Source of the DNA: the human T2T-CHM13v2.0 reference genome, Homo sapiens
DNA: 64,000 nt
Reading direction: 5' to 3' (one strand)
NCBI RefSeq assembly: GCF_009914755.1
Contig: NC_060940.1
Both the position numbers and the translations under genes were made by a program. This document shows positions 1 to 22,084 of the stretch, piece by piece; position 1 is the stretch's first letter, and each line of letters begins with the position of its first letter. The notes below the pieces were generated by a model. It worked only from the letters and a program-made list of their open reading frames with translations, had not been told where the DNA came from and ran no database searches.

Positions 1-142
1 CACCATGCCCGGTCTCAAAGTTTTCAAACAGAATGCATAGTGTAATGATCCCCATATGCCTTTCACTTACATTTCAGTCATTCCCAGCATTTTGCTAATC
101 TCGTTTCCATCCATTCCCTCCTAATTTGCTAGATTATTTTAA

Positions 143-506
<364 letters not shown>

Positions 507-853
507 TAAGTGATGGGAGCTTTAAATATATAACCATCATCACACCTAATAAAATTGAGGCGGTCTCCCCAGTGGGGTTGCAGATGGTTTTCCATGTTTG
601 ATTTGTTCAAAGCCGAATCCAAACAAGGCCCACATGCTGTTTGGTAGTCATGTGTCCTAAATCTCTTTTATTATTTTCAGAGTTTCCCCTCCCCTTTTGT
701 TAGGCCTTTGATTTGTGGAAGAAACTGGATCATTTTCCTGTAGAATAGCTCCTATTCTGGATTTCGTCCATTGTTTCTTCCTGGTGTGTTTAATTTGTTT
801 TTCTATGCCCATAGTTGCTATAAATGACTGTGGAGATTCAGAGTTTTTGGTAG

Positions 854-1863
<1,010 letters not shown>

Positions 1864-2384
1864 TACTTAATTTATTTTTGTATTACAAACCAAACAATGG
1901 AAAATTGTCTTAAAAAAAAAAACAAGAACAAAAACTCACCGTCTCCGCCCACCTCCCTTGAATCCAGTGTGTTTTTGTCTGCACAGTTCCTTATGTTTGT
2001 GCCAACACTCACGTTTTTTCTTCCAAAAATAGGATCATATTTATGTGATATCTCTGCAGCATACTTTTTTTCACTTTTCAGCATGCCAGACATCCCGCGA
2101 CCCTGATACAGAAAAGATTCCATTGGTTCTTTTCAGGACTGTGTCATGTCTTGTAGTGTCATTATGTCATCACAGAATTAGGAGGTCCCAGCTTTCTGAT
2201 CTTTTAAAAAAATTGTAGTAACATATATGTAACATAGAAGTTGCCATTTTAACCATTGTCAGAGTACAATTTGGTGGCATTAAGTACAGCCCCAATGTTA
2301 TGCAGTCATCACCAGCATCCATCTCCAGAACCTTTTCAACAGCCCCAACAGAAATTCTGTACCCATTTAGGCATTTGCTTATTA

Positions 2385-3614
<1,230 letters not shown>

Positions 3615-3704
3615 GGCAGCTTCTACATTCCCTAGCCCCAGTTCCAAGGGACCAGCCACCCTGAGGGCCTCATCTTCCCATCCTCTCTCCTTCTCTCCCC
3701 GAAG

Positions 3705-3822
3705 GTGTGTCTTTATGCGGCTGGCCACCATATGTGTCCTGGTGTTCACGCTGGGCTCCAAGATCACATCCTGTGATGATGACACATGTGACCTTTGCGG
3801 CTACAACCAGAAACTCTACCCG
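3705..3822 (+). CDS. TMC7: TMC7 internal coding exon, first in window: (R)[39 protein letters not shown]
   Basis: Pyrimidine tract plus AG at 3703-3704; donor GTGAGT at 3823; 118 nt; joins the next exon in frame; hydrophobic TM-like helix. Confidence 0.93.
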
Positions 3823-4161
3823 GTGAGTTGCGGGGCGGGGGCGTTCGGCTGGGTGGGTCCTTCTGGAATACAGTGTCATGGTCAAGAGAACAGCGGTTGA
3901 AGCCATGGGTTTGAACTGCATTTGCTTCGCTTTCTTGTTCTAGTGATGAGACAGAGTCTGGCCCCATGGAGTCTAACCCCAGGCACTTCTGAGGGCTTGG
4001 AAACCAAGGTCTGTGCTGAGGCTCAGAGTTTGCATCAGCTGATGCCCTCACTGGAGCCACAGGATCTGGAGTTGGAAAGGGAATTAGAAGGTGTCTTGGG
4101 AGCCTGGTTTTCTCTGCCTCAGCTAGGGTCTTTCAGTTTCCCTCACTCTCTTTGATTTCAG

Positions 4162-4259
4162 TGCTGGGAGACCCAAGTTGGGCAGGAAATGTACAAGCTG
4201 ATGATCTTCGACTTCATCATCATCTTGGCTGTGACACTCTTCGTGGATTTTCCTAGAAA
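4162..4259 (+). CDS. TMC7: TMC7 coding exon with TMC signature: [32 protein letters not shown]
   Basis: tttcag acceptor; AA|GTAAGT donor at 4260; 98 nt; CWETxVGQE is the TMC-family signature. Confidence 0.96.
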
Positions 4260-4375
4260 GTAAGTGCGAGGGGTGCCCATATTATCCCCCCCACCACACA
4301 CATGCACACACACACATACACACACACACAACTGGAGGGTCCCATTGCAGCTGCATTCCAGAAGCTGCTGGATGA

Positions 4376-4619
<244 letters not shown>

Positions 4620-5019
4620 TAGCCAGGATGGTCTGGATATCCTGACCTCGTGATCCACCTGCCTCGGGCTTCCAAAGTGCTGGGATTATAGGCATGAGCC
4701 ACCGCGCCCGGCCAAGTTTTTAATTTTTTGTAGAGAGGGGCTCTTGCTATGTTGCCCAGGCTGGTCTCGAACTGGCCTCAAACGATCCTCCTGCCTCAGC
4801 CTTCCAAAGTGCTGGGATTACAGGTTTGAACCATTGTGTCTGTTCACAACTGGAAACTTTCAAGCAGCTCTAGGCTGTTGACCTCAGCATTCATTAGTTG
4901 CCCATCTAAAGGCAGCATGAAGAGCAGAAATGGGGTCGCTTTCCATGAGGTTTTGCTGGGGATGACCTTCTGCCATCAGCACAAAAGGTGCAGACCTTCC
5001 AGGCTGCAGTGGACACCTG

Positions 5020-5230
5020 TCTCCCGATCTGGGTTCAAACTCCCTCCCTGCTCCCTGCTAGTCATGTGACCTTGGGCAAGTTATTTAAGCTCTGTGCCTA
5101 TTTTCTCATCTGTAAAATGGGGATAGTAGTAGTACCCACCCAGTAACTTTGTGGTGAGGAGTAACTGGGATAATTAATGCAGATAAAAGCACTGAGAACA
5201 CTCCACAGTATAGAACTCAACAAAACATCA
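5020..5230. mobile_element. MIR fragment
   Basis: MIR core: tgtgaccttgggcaagttattt...ttttctcatctgtaaaatggggata. Confidence 0.75.
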
Positions 5231-5433
5231 GCTATCACCAGCATGATTATCATAAACTGTGTTGTCATTTCTGTTATCATTCTCTGTTCACTTAACCACT
5301 GTTTACCCACATATGCAGATAATCTAGGCAGAGGCCAGAGGTCCAGTGAGCCCTTAAAAATAAATATGGAAGCCTGGGCACAGTGGCTCACACCCATAAT
5401 CCTAGCACTGGGGAGGCCAAGGTAGGAGGATCA

Positions 5434-5739
<306 letters not shown>

Positions 5740-5879
5740 TCATTATATTCTGCATCTTTAAGACATTTGACTAACCAGTGTCCATGAGAAATATGCATGG
5801 AAATAGTCCTGATCTTTGTGATATGGTTCTGTGGCCTTGGCAGACACCAGTAGCCCAAATGAGAATTGTCTGTTTCCAG

Positions 5880-6066
5880 GCTCCTGGTGACCTACTGTTC
5901 CTCTTGCAAGCTGATTCAGTGCTGGGGGCAGCAGGAGTTTGCCATTCCTGATAACGTCCTGGGGATAGTTTACGGGCAAACCATCTGCTGGATCGGAGCC
6001 TTTTTCTCACCCCTTCTCCCTGCAATTGCAACCCTGAAATTCATTATCATCTTCTATGTGAAAGAG
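5880..6066 (+). CDS. TMC7: TMC7 coding exon: (K)[10 protein letters not shown]...[29 protein letters not shown]...FYVKE
   Basis: ttccag acceptor; GAG|GTAAGG donor; 187 nt; EFxIxxNVLxxVYxQ..W.G.FFSPLLP TMC-domain motif. Confidence 0.96.
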
Positions 6067-6217
6067 GTAAGGAGCCGGTGGGAATGGGGGCTCATATACT
6101 GGGCCATTTTCGACCTTCCAGGGCACCAATATGTCTGGAGCTCACCTCACATCCCATGAGACGTATCAAAATTACATCCTTTATTTAAAATATATGTTTA
6201 TTCTAGAAAAATATTGC

Positions 6218-8140
<1,923 letters not shown>

Positions 8141-8905
8141 AAGTGTCATATTTTATAAATTAGGAAGCTGAAGTTCAGAGAAACTGGTCCAAGGTCACAC
8201 AGCTTTTAAGTGACCCCTTGGATTTGAACCCAGGTTTATTTCACTCCAGAGCCTAAGCTCTTAACCCAGTAAGCAAGGCCCTGAATTGGGCCAACCGTTC
8301 TACCTGGATGTTTTGGCTTTTGAAGAATGTTCTGATGCTTTCACTTGAAAACACAAGTTGGCCGAAATCATCAAAGGAGAGATGGACGTGAGAAAGCTCA
8401 CAGGAACTTTTTTTTCCCTTTCCAGGAAATACTGATTAGCCTGTGGCTTCGCAGTGTGTAGCATAGTACAGACACTGTGGGGTGATGGGTTGGGTCATGG
8501 TGGGTACCTGGCCTCACTTCCGTCACTCACACCAGGCATGTCCCGCCGGCTGCCCCGAGGCTGGGCACCAAGTATCTTCGGTACTCAGTGTCCTCTGGCT
8601 CACAAGATGTTCCGGCTCCTCCTGAATTCAGAAGAACTTATGTCCCTGCGCAGTAACACAGCTTTTTAAACTATTGAGAAATTTCATGCCTGTTACCATT
8701 ATATCCTTTCTTACTCCCCATTTGATATTTCCTTCAAGTCTTTCTTCCCTCAATGGAAATACTTATTTTTAACATGTAGGAGAAAATATATGTGCTTGTA
8801 AAAAACTTCAAATAAAGGAACTCCTAATTTGGTGTATATTATTGTAGATACAGTTATACATGTTTAAATCCCTATAAGGAATACATACTTAAAAAAAACT
8901 TAAAT

Positions 8906-9220
8906 GGCCGGGCCCGGTGGCTCATGCCTGTAATCCCAGCACTTTGGGAGGCCGAGGCCGGTGGATCACGAGGTCAGGAGATCGAGACCATCCTGGCTAA
9001 CACGGTGAAACCCCATCTCTACTAAAAATACAAAAAATTAGCCGGGCTTGGTGGCGGGTGCCTGTAGTCCCAGCTACTCGGGAGGCTGAGCAGGATGGCA
9101 TGAATCCGGGAGGCGGAGCTTGCAGTGAGCCGAGATCGCGCTACTACACTCCAGCCTGGGAGACAGAGCGAGATTCCATCTCAAAAAAAAAAAAAAAAAA
9201 AAAAACCAAAAAAAACAAAA
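8906..9220 (+). mobile_element. AluY-like element
   Basis: gagatcgagaccatcctggctaacacgg diagnostic; TSD AAAAACTTAAATG. Confidence 0.9.
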
Positions 9221-9678
9221 AACTTAAATGAATTCATCTTGTACGGAGTTTTGAAATCTACCATTTTCACAGTGCCACATGGGGATGTAAAGCTGTCTCT
9301 CATCCTTCTTTTTTCTTTTTTGAGACGGGGTCTCACCCAGACTTAGGGCAGTGGCACAGTAGCATGATACAGCTCACTACAGCCTCAACCTCCTGGGCTC
9401 AATCCATCCTCCCACCTCAGCCTCCCAAGTAGCTGGGAATACAGGTGCACACCACCATGGCTGGCTAATTTTTGTAGAGACAGGGTTTTTTTTAATAGAG
9501 ATGGGGTTTCACCATGTTGGCCAGGCTGGTCTCGAACTCCTGGCCTCAAGTGATCCACCCACCTAGGCCTCCCGAAGTGCTGGGATTACAGGCGTGAGCC
9601 ACCACGCCCGGCCTCATCCTTCTTTAGGACTGTATGGTATTTCATTCTATATAGATGTACTTTAACCTTTAACTATAA

Positions 9679-9801
<123 letters not shown>

Positions 9802-10051
9802 TGATCCTCCCGTTCTGACCTCCCAAAGTGCTGGAATTACAGACGTGAGATGTCTCACGCAGCCACGAGCCCCCACTGATAGCTATTTAGGTTGCTTGCA
9901 GTTATTCCGTGTTATCAATGACTGTAGCGTTAAACATCCACATACCTGTGTTTTGGCCCATTTCCCCTTCTATTTCATCAGCATGAATTCTCCAAAGTTT
10001 GGAGTCTGGATGAAACCTTTTTTTTTTTGGATTTTTTTCTCCACCAAAATC

Positions 10052-10340
10052 TTTTTTTTTTTTTAATTTTATTATTATTATACTTTAAGTTTTAGGGTAC
10101 ATGTGCACAACGTGCAGGTTTGTTACATATGTATACATGTGCCATGTTGTTGTGCTGCACCCATTAACTTGTCATTTAGCATTAGGTATGTCTCCTAATG
10201 CTATCCCTCCCCCCTCCCCCCACACCACAACAGTCCCCGGTGTGTGATGTTCCCCTTCCTGTGTCCATGTGTTCTCATTGTTCAATTCCCACCTATGAGT
10301 GAGAACATGCGGTGTTTGGTTTTTTGTCCTTGTGATAGTT
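10052..10340 (-). mobile_element. 5'-truncated L1PA (roughly L1PA3-5) 3' end
   Basis: ttattatactttaagttttagggtacatgtgcacaacgtgcagg... L1 3' UTR; TSD TGGATGAAACCTTTTT (10007-10022, 10341-10356). Confidence 0.92.
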
Positions 10341-10497
10341 TGGATGAAACCTTTTTCATTTTGATCTGTATTGCTGGACTACCCTCTGGAAAGGTTAGAG
10401 TGATTAACATTCCCACTGTAATGCAGGAATGCACTTATTTATCTTCACAGAAGCTGTACTTATTGATCTTAATTTTTCTTTCTTTTTCTCCTTGTAG

Positions 10498-10628
10498 TGG
10501 AGTCTGCTTTACACCTGCAGACCCTCCCCCAGGCCGTTCAGAGCATCCAATTCTAATTTCTTCTTCCTGTTGGTGTTGTTGATCGGGCTGTGTTTGGCAA
10601 TAATACCTCTGACAATCAGCATATCACG
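10498..10628 (+). CDS. TMC7: TMC7 coding exon: [43 protein letters not shown](R)
   Basis: Long pyrimidine tract plus tag acceptor; CG|GTAAAT donor; 131 nt; FRAS.S.FF motif typical of TMCs; phases match both neighbours. Confidence 0.95.
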
Positions 10629-10909
10629 GTAAATGTGACTTTGTTTTCTAGAACATTTCATTGCTTCTTGACCTCTTCCTCTTTTATGTAAAAGCGTCCG
10701 TCATATCACATTTTTTTTTTTTTTGAGATGGAGTCTTGCTCTGTCACCCAGGCTGGAGTGTGGTGGCGCAGTGTTGGCTCACTGCAACCTCCGTCTCCCA
10801 GGTTCAAATGATTCTCCCGAGTAGCTGGGACTACAAACTCCATCTCCCCAGGTTCAAACAGCCTCCTGAGTAGCTGGGACTACAGGTGTGTTCCACTATG
10901 CCCAGCTGA

Positions 10910-11125
<216 letters not shown>

Positions 11126-11509
11126 TAACTTGATACTACAGGTGTGCACCACCATGCCTGGCTAATTATTTAAACTTTTTAATTTTTCTGTAGAGACAAG
11201 GGCTCACTATGTTGCCCAGGCTGATCTCAAACTCCTGAGCTCAATGATCCTCTTGCTTCAGCCTCCTGAAGTATTGGGATTACAGGCATGAACCACCACA
11301 CCAGGCCAAATTTTGTTTCTTCACCTTTAAATTAAAAGCCTGTACTGGGTGCGGTGGCTCACACCTGTAATCCAACACTTTGGGAGGCCCAGGTGGGGGT
11401 ACTGGTTGAGCCAAGGAGTTCGAGACCAGCATTGGCAACATAGCAAGACCTTGTCTCAAATTAAAAACAAAAAAACAAACAAAAAAATAGGAAAAGCCTG
11501 GAACTTTGA

Positions 11510-11743
<234 letters not shown>

Positions 11744-12147
11744 TGAACTCCTGATCTCAAATGATCCACCCATGTCGGCCTCCCAAAGTGCTTGGATTAC
11801 AGACATGAGCTACCATGCTTGACCAGATTTTATTCTTTTTTAACACTTTGATTCTGTATGTGTTTTGTTGCTCTTTATTGTTATGATAATATACATTATA
11901 TAAAAAATTCAAGCAGTACAGAAGGGTGTAAATTGAAGAGAAAAAAATTGCTCCTTATCTTCACCTCTTATTCTCACTCTCCATAGGTTACGTAACAACT
12001 GTTAACATTTTCTTATGAATACTTCCAGAAATTCTTTATGAAAAGCAATTATTTATTTTTTAAGAAAACGTGAGATAATAGTATAATCCTGCTTGGTAAT
12101 TATTTTTTCATTAATATTCTTTTTTTTTTTCTTTTTTTTCCAGTTAG

Positions 12148-12528
<381 letters not shown>

Positions 12529-13143
12529 TAGGAAATGCATTCACATAGCACAAAATTCAAAAGATATTTTAAAAAATGGTGAAAATTCATTTTCTCATTC
12601 CTTCTCAAGTACTTAATTTTCCTGAGTGATGGTCATCTCCTCATATCTGTGTCTTTTCTTTCTTTTTTTTTTTTTTTAAAGATGCGATCTTGCTATGTTG
12701 CCCAGGCTAGTCTTGAACTCCTGAGCCCAAGTGATCCTCCCACCTCCACCTCTCAAAGCACTGGGATTACAGGCGTGAGCCACCGTGACTGGCCACTTTT
12801 CTCTCTTTTTCTCTCAATGGTTCTTCAGTATTCAGTCATATGAATGGGCCATAAATTGTTCATCCATTTCCTTAAACAACATTTAGGTTGTTTCCAGCAA
12901 TTTATTTTTATCCCTACATAAAGGGCTGCAATGGAAAGTCTTATACACAGACCTTTGTGATGTGAATTTAGTCAGTTCTTTCCAGGTCTTAATTTTAGTG
13001 CTTTCCTATTGTAATTTTATTTTATTTTTTTCTCTCCTTTTCATTTTGAAAAAGTTTAAATCTACAGAAAAGCTGAAAAACTAGCAGCAGTAAAACGCAT
13101 ATGCCCTTCAACTGGATGTCCCAATTGTTAACATTTTACTATG

Positions 13144-13977
<834 letters not shown>

Positions 13978-14160
13978 TAGGAAATAATTTGAAATTAACT
14001 TATAGACATCATAATATTTCACTGCTAAATACTTTAGTGTGCAGCTCCTAAGACTAATGGCACTCTCTTTTATGTGTTTCCACAATAATATATCACACTT
14101 AAGAAGATTAATACTAATACCATGTTTCTGTCATTTTAAATTTCTCCAATTGTCCCCTAA

Positions 14161-14406
<246 letters not shown>

Positions 14407-14517
14407 TGATACACCCGCCTTGGCCTCCCAAAGTGCTGGGATTAAAGATTTGTTTTTAAAATAGTGATCTTTCAAGTTTGACCCATTGCTTCTATTTCTT
14501 CTATCTCCTTAGTCTCT

Positions 14518-14680
14518 CTTTTTTTAAATTTAAATTTAAATTTTAAGTTCTGGGGTACATGTGCAGGACGTGCAGGTTTGTTACCTAGGTAAATGTGTGC
14601 CATGGTGGTTTGCTATACCTACCCCCGTCACCTAGGTATTAAGCCCAGCATACGTTAGCTATTTTTCCTAATGCTCTCCT
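14518..14680 (-). mobile_element. Short older L1PA 3' fragment inside an L1M-like relic
   Basis: aagttctggggtacatgtgcaggacgtgcaggtttgttac; TSD TCCTTAGTCTCT (14506-14517, 14681-14692). Confidence 0.85.
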
Positions 14681-14920
14681 TCCTTAGTCTCTTTTAATCC
14701 CTGATTCTTTGAAGAGTCCAGGCCAGTTTCCTCACTTCTAAATTAAGAGACCGGAGAATAGAATGCCCACATTTTGGATTTGTCTTGTTATTTTCTTACA
14801 CTGTCATTTAACTTGCTCTTCTGTCCTGAATTTCCTGTAAACTGGAAGTTAGGTCTAGAGACTTGATAAAATTTCAGGGTAAGCATTTTCTTTCTTTCTT
14901 TCTTTCTTTTTTTTTTTTGA

Positions 14921-15061
<141 letters not shown>

Positions 15062-15353
15062 TAATTTTTGTATTTTTAGTAGAGATGGGGTTTCACCACG
15101 TTGGTCAGCCTGGTCTCGAACTCCTGACCTCAGGTGATCCACCCGCCTCGGCCTCCCAAAGTGCTGGGATGACATTCGTGAGCCACCGCGCCCAGCCAGG
15201 GTAAGCATTTTCGACTCAAACATTCCAGAAGGCCCAGGAGGTTAGGTGGCTCCCTGTAGGCCATTGTTAACAAAACATTCTGGGTGTACAGGGGCGGGAC
15301 ACTCAACCTGTGCTGCACGCTCCTTCTGAGCCCGTTGGTCTGTGTCCTGGCAG

Positions 15354-15509
15354 CATCCCTTCCTCGAAAGCCTGTGGGCCGTTCACCAACTTCAACACCA
15401 CCTGGGAGGTCATCCCCAAGACGGTGAGCACCTTCCCCAGCTCGCTGCAGTCCTTCATCCATGGTGTCACATCCGAAGCCTTTGCAGTTCCTTTCTTCAT
15501 GATTATTTG
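15354..15509 (+). CDS. TMC7: TMC7 coding exon: [21 protein letters not shown]...[11 protein letters not shown]
   Basis: cag acceptor at 15351-15353; TG|GTGAGT donor; 156 nt; PSxxCGPF-type TMC motif and NTT sequon. Confidence 0.94.
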
Positions 15510-15587
15510 GTGAGTGAGAACCACCAGGACCCACTGAGGCACGTGGGCTCCTCCCATTGGGAAATGGCGGCGGTCGGGGCGGGGTCA

Positions 15588-16007
<420 letters not shown>

Positions 16008-16908
16008 TCATTGGGCAAATTAAGAAAGATCACACTTAGCCCAATGCCTGGCTTATAAAAAGCTAATATATATTGCCTATTATTAACATTACTGTTTATT
16101 TACAGAATCTCTTGCTCTTTGACAAGGAACAGATTTCTGAGCAGAGAGATGAACATCAGATTAGAAGCATGCCCTTGAACCCTGGCTCTACCACTTATAA
16201 GCCATGAATAACTGGCATTAATTGTACCTTGCATGTACTAACTCATGAAATCATCGCAATTACTCTGTGATGCAGATATTCTTACAGTAAAACCCCAGCA
16301 TAATACAAGAAGTGAGCCCAAAGAAATGTACCTGTAAAAAGGCAGGATACCTTTGATGAGATTAATACAATGACTTGGGGGAGCTGTGCAGCTAGCCAGA
16401 CTCAAATTCGTAGGATCCAGGGCTCCAGCCGCTTCACCCTAATGGGTTCACCCCAGCAGTGCTTTGGCTGGTGCCACCTGGTAGCACTTCTCTGATCTGA
16501 CTTAAGTATCTCAGGGACTTCCAGGGGAATACTGTGGACGTCACTGATTTCAGGATCTCCTGGTTACTTGGCCCTCATTTCATCAGCCTTGTCTGAGGAG
16601 ACTGGATAGGAAACCACCTTCCCTTCATTCAGTGAGGTTGCCTTCTGTTTTTATGAGGGCTTGCCCTCCATTCCATTTGCCCCTCTCCCCAAATATAATA
16701 ACTTTAACCACCCCCATTTCAGATCTAGAGCTGCACAGAAGACAGAAGCCAGCAGTTGATTTTTTTTTTTTTTTAGGAGACAGTGTCTTGCTATGTTGCC
16801 CAGGTGGGTCTTGAGCTTAAGTGGTCCTCCCTCCTTAGCCTCCTGAGTAGCTGGGACACCAGGCACCAGGCACCTTCTACTACACCTGGATTTGATTGCT
16901 TTTAATTA

Positions 16909-17228
<320 letters not shown>

Positions 17229-17645
17229 TTATCCCAAGCTTGCAAACACTGGGTTTTATTATGTTTTCCCTATTTTACAAATGAGGAAATGGGCTAGAGA
17301 GCCTCCACAGTGATCATCCACGTGTTAATTACATGCTCAGCTGACTTTCTCAACCATGTCATTCTCTCTCTTTCTGTCATTCTGTATGTACAAGGCGAAC
17401 ATCTGCAAATTTTAATATTAAAAGTAAAAAGCAAGGCATAAGTCAGATTCTGCTGCCACTGCCAAATAAAAACTTCAGTAGCTGTTTCTTATACCCTCTG
17501 CTTGGAAGAGATGAGGGTTTTCTTTATTTTTTGTGGAGACAGGGTCTGGCTCTGTTGCCCAGTCTGGAGTATGGTAATGTGATCATAGCTCACTGCAGCC
17601 TTGAACTTCTGGGCTCAGATTCTCCCACCTTAGCTTCCTGAGTAG

Positions 17646-18059
<414 letters not shown>

Positions 18060-18227
18060 TGATCCTTCTGCCTGGGCAAAGCACTGGTATTATAAAATGA
18101 GCCATCATGCCCAGCCTTCTTTTCTAACAAGAGTAAAACTGTTCCAAGGAAAAATATGTTGGGTTATTTTTCTATTGGCCTTCAGATGATCCAGACTCCC
18201 TTGTGACCTGTCTGTCTTGTGTTGCAG

Positions 18228-18306
18228 CCTCATCATGTTTTACTTCATTGCCTTAGCTGGAGCACACAAACGGGTGGTCATCCAGCTCCGAGAGCAGCTA
18301 TCCCTG
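18228..18306 (+). CDS. TMC7: TMC7 penultimate exon: (C)[26 protein letters not shown]
   Basis: ttgcag acceptor; CTG|GTAAGG donor; 79 nt; phase-consistent. Confidence 0.94.
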
Positions 18307-18505
18307 GTAAGGAAGCATAGCTCCAGAGGGTCATGGCTGGGGACATTTACCCAGGACACTGCAAGGAAAGTGCTGTTTTCCTGGGAGGGAGTGAAATTAC
18401 TGCAGCCTTCTCTCACCACCACCTCCCCAAAACTCTGCCTTGAGGCCCAGCCGCGTCCAGCTTCATTAATTCACTGATTCATCCATTCCTTCAAGATGTG
18501 TATTA

Positions 18506-18823
<318 letters not shown>

Positions 18824-19013
18824 CTACTCTGTGCCTTGTACTATGCTGGGTGCTGGGACGCTTTGGTGAACAAGAGACAAAGCTGCTGGGTAGTTAATAA
18901 GATAAATGCTGATTAATTATAGCTTCTATGAAGACAATAAAAACAAGGTAGAGTGACAAGCGGGCTATCAGTTACTGCAGATGCGGCTGTAGAAGGCTTC
19001 TTTGAGGAGGTGA

Positions 19014-19187
<174 letters not shown>

Positions 19188-19576
19188 TAAATTTTTTATA
19201 GACATGAGGTCTCCCTATGTTGCCCAGGCTGGTCTTGAACTCCTGGGCTCAAGTGATTGTCCCCTCTCAGTTCCCCAAAGTGCTGGGATTACAGGCATGA
19301 GCCACTATGCCTGGACCCTAGCTGAGACTTGAATAATAGAGAGAGGAGCCCATTATCTGAGGTCCTATTTAAGGATGAAAGTAAGAGGCAAAGAGCACAG
19401 TAAAGAAATGAGCCAGGCACTTCAGGGGGACAGGAGGGAGGGGACAGTGTGGCCACAGGGTGGTGAGTGATGGGAAGAGGCAAGGTGATATTGTAATAGC
19501 AACCAGAGTCATCAAGTCACAGTGCCTTGAGGGCTCTGTTTAGAGTTTTATTCTGAGTGGGATGGGAAGCTGCTGA

Positions 19577-20395
<819 letters not shown>

Positions 20396-20589
20396 TGTAC
20401 TGTGCATTTTTTAAAAAAAGGATCGGCTGCTTTGTGGACAAGGGGCTGTGGAGCAGACACAATGACAGACCAGATGAGAGGCCATTACAATAGTCCAGTG
20501 GTTAGAATCCTCAGCCCTCAGTCTGGTAGGTAATGATGGTATTTGTTTCCAAATATATTAAATGTACATGTGAACTTATTATTTTTTAG

Positions 20590-20655
20590 GAAAGTCGTGA
20601 CAAGTGCTACCTAATCCAGAAACTAACAGAAGCCCAAAGGGACATGAGGAACTAA
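20590..20655 (+). CDS. TMC7: TMC7 terminal coding segment: ESRDKCYLIQKLTEAQRDMRN*
   Basis: ttttttag acceptor; E.RDK.YL motif of TMC C-termini; TAA at 20653-20655. Confidence 0.93.
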   Translation, partial: ESRDKCYLIQKLTEAQRDMRN

Positions 20656-21157
20656 CTAGACTGAGCGTGAAGATGGTGCTGCCTGTTGCTTCTAAGCTGA
20701 CCTAGTGATTCTGCTGAGCCTACAGAGTCTACCTGGGTTTTGAGTGGACATTTAAAAATATATTTTTCTTGAGTTTAGGCTTTTCCATATGTGCAGCTGT
20801 GTTTACCTAACCCAGCCCTTAATTAGGGCTTCAGTGACTTAGAAAAGCAGGGGAAACCCAAGGCTTTGCCTGCAGACCGGCCACTCTGTGACAACTCTAC
20901 CAAAAACCAACAAGCCATTCAAGCTTTTACAAGAATGAAAGAGCGGAGACGGTAGTTTAGTATTTGAGCCACGAGTTTATGTGCACAAGTGTTTTGGGTT
21001 GTGGACTGAAGCTCAGCCTGTTAATCAGACCAGCCCATGAGTGTATAACAAACAGAATTGGAGGCTGGTTTCTTAAACACACACGTCCACATTTTTTAGG
21101 GTTGTTTTCCTGTGCTTACAATTTTTAATGCATGTGCCTTTATTTCACAAAACATGT

Positions 21158-21460
<303 letters not shown>

Positions 21461-21970
21461 TTAAGATTTCCGTTATGGTAAAAACCATATGCAATAAATA
21501 CCTCATTGTAAGCTTACCCAAAATTGATAGATGTCAACCTTTTAACAGAAGAACAGAAGTTTAAGTTATTGTTTAATGTAATCAGTTTTCATTTTAATAT
21601 CTTTGAAATCTTTTTCAAAGGACTGTAGTTTTGTAATGGACTTTTCAAGCCTTCCTTCCATTGTTTTTCTTCCGTTCACTGGCTCCACACGTTTCCTGGG
21701 GAGTAGCCTGGAATTTAAAGTTGGGTGCAGGTTTTAGAAAGCTGTTGCTGTTAACAATAATTCTCCCGGCCATCTCCACTCCACTACTCAAAAATGCCTG
21801 AATCCTTGCTCAGAGGAGCAAAGGTATCTTCTCGTCCCTTTCTTACAGCCATTTTCTTGCTTTTCCACAAAGATATTATTTAAAGTGGAATATTTTTGTA
21901 ACTGGGATACCAATGAGCTTTTCGGTCTTTTCCTGACTTGGTAAGGTTTATGGGTTTCTAAATCTAATAA

Positions 21971-22008
21971 CTACAGTCATACCACCCTGAAAATGCCTGA
22001 TCTCGTCT
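21971..22008 (+). pseudogene. 5' fragment of 5S rRNA (tailless retropseudogene)
   Basis: 32/38 identity by eye to 5S rRNA 5' end CTACGGCCATACCACCCTGAACGCGCCCGATCTCGTCT; flanked by direct repeat TCTAAATCTAATAACT (21957-21972, 22006-22021). Confidence 0.85.
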
Positions 22009-22084
22009 AAATCTAATAACTGGTGTCATGGAATTTTGAGTAACCAAAGATTCATTCCAGTCTCACTTAAAAAAATAAATTCTG

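Noticed and set aside
21971-22008. Functional 5S rRNA gene
   Set aside because: Only ~38 nt, decayed, with no internal promoter boxes or terminator
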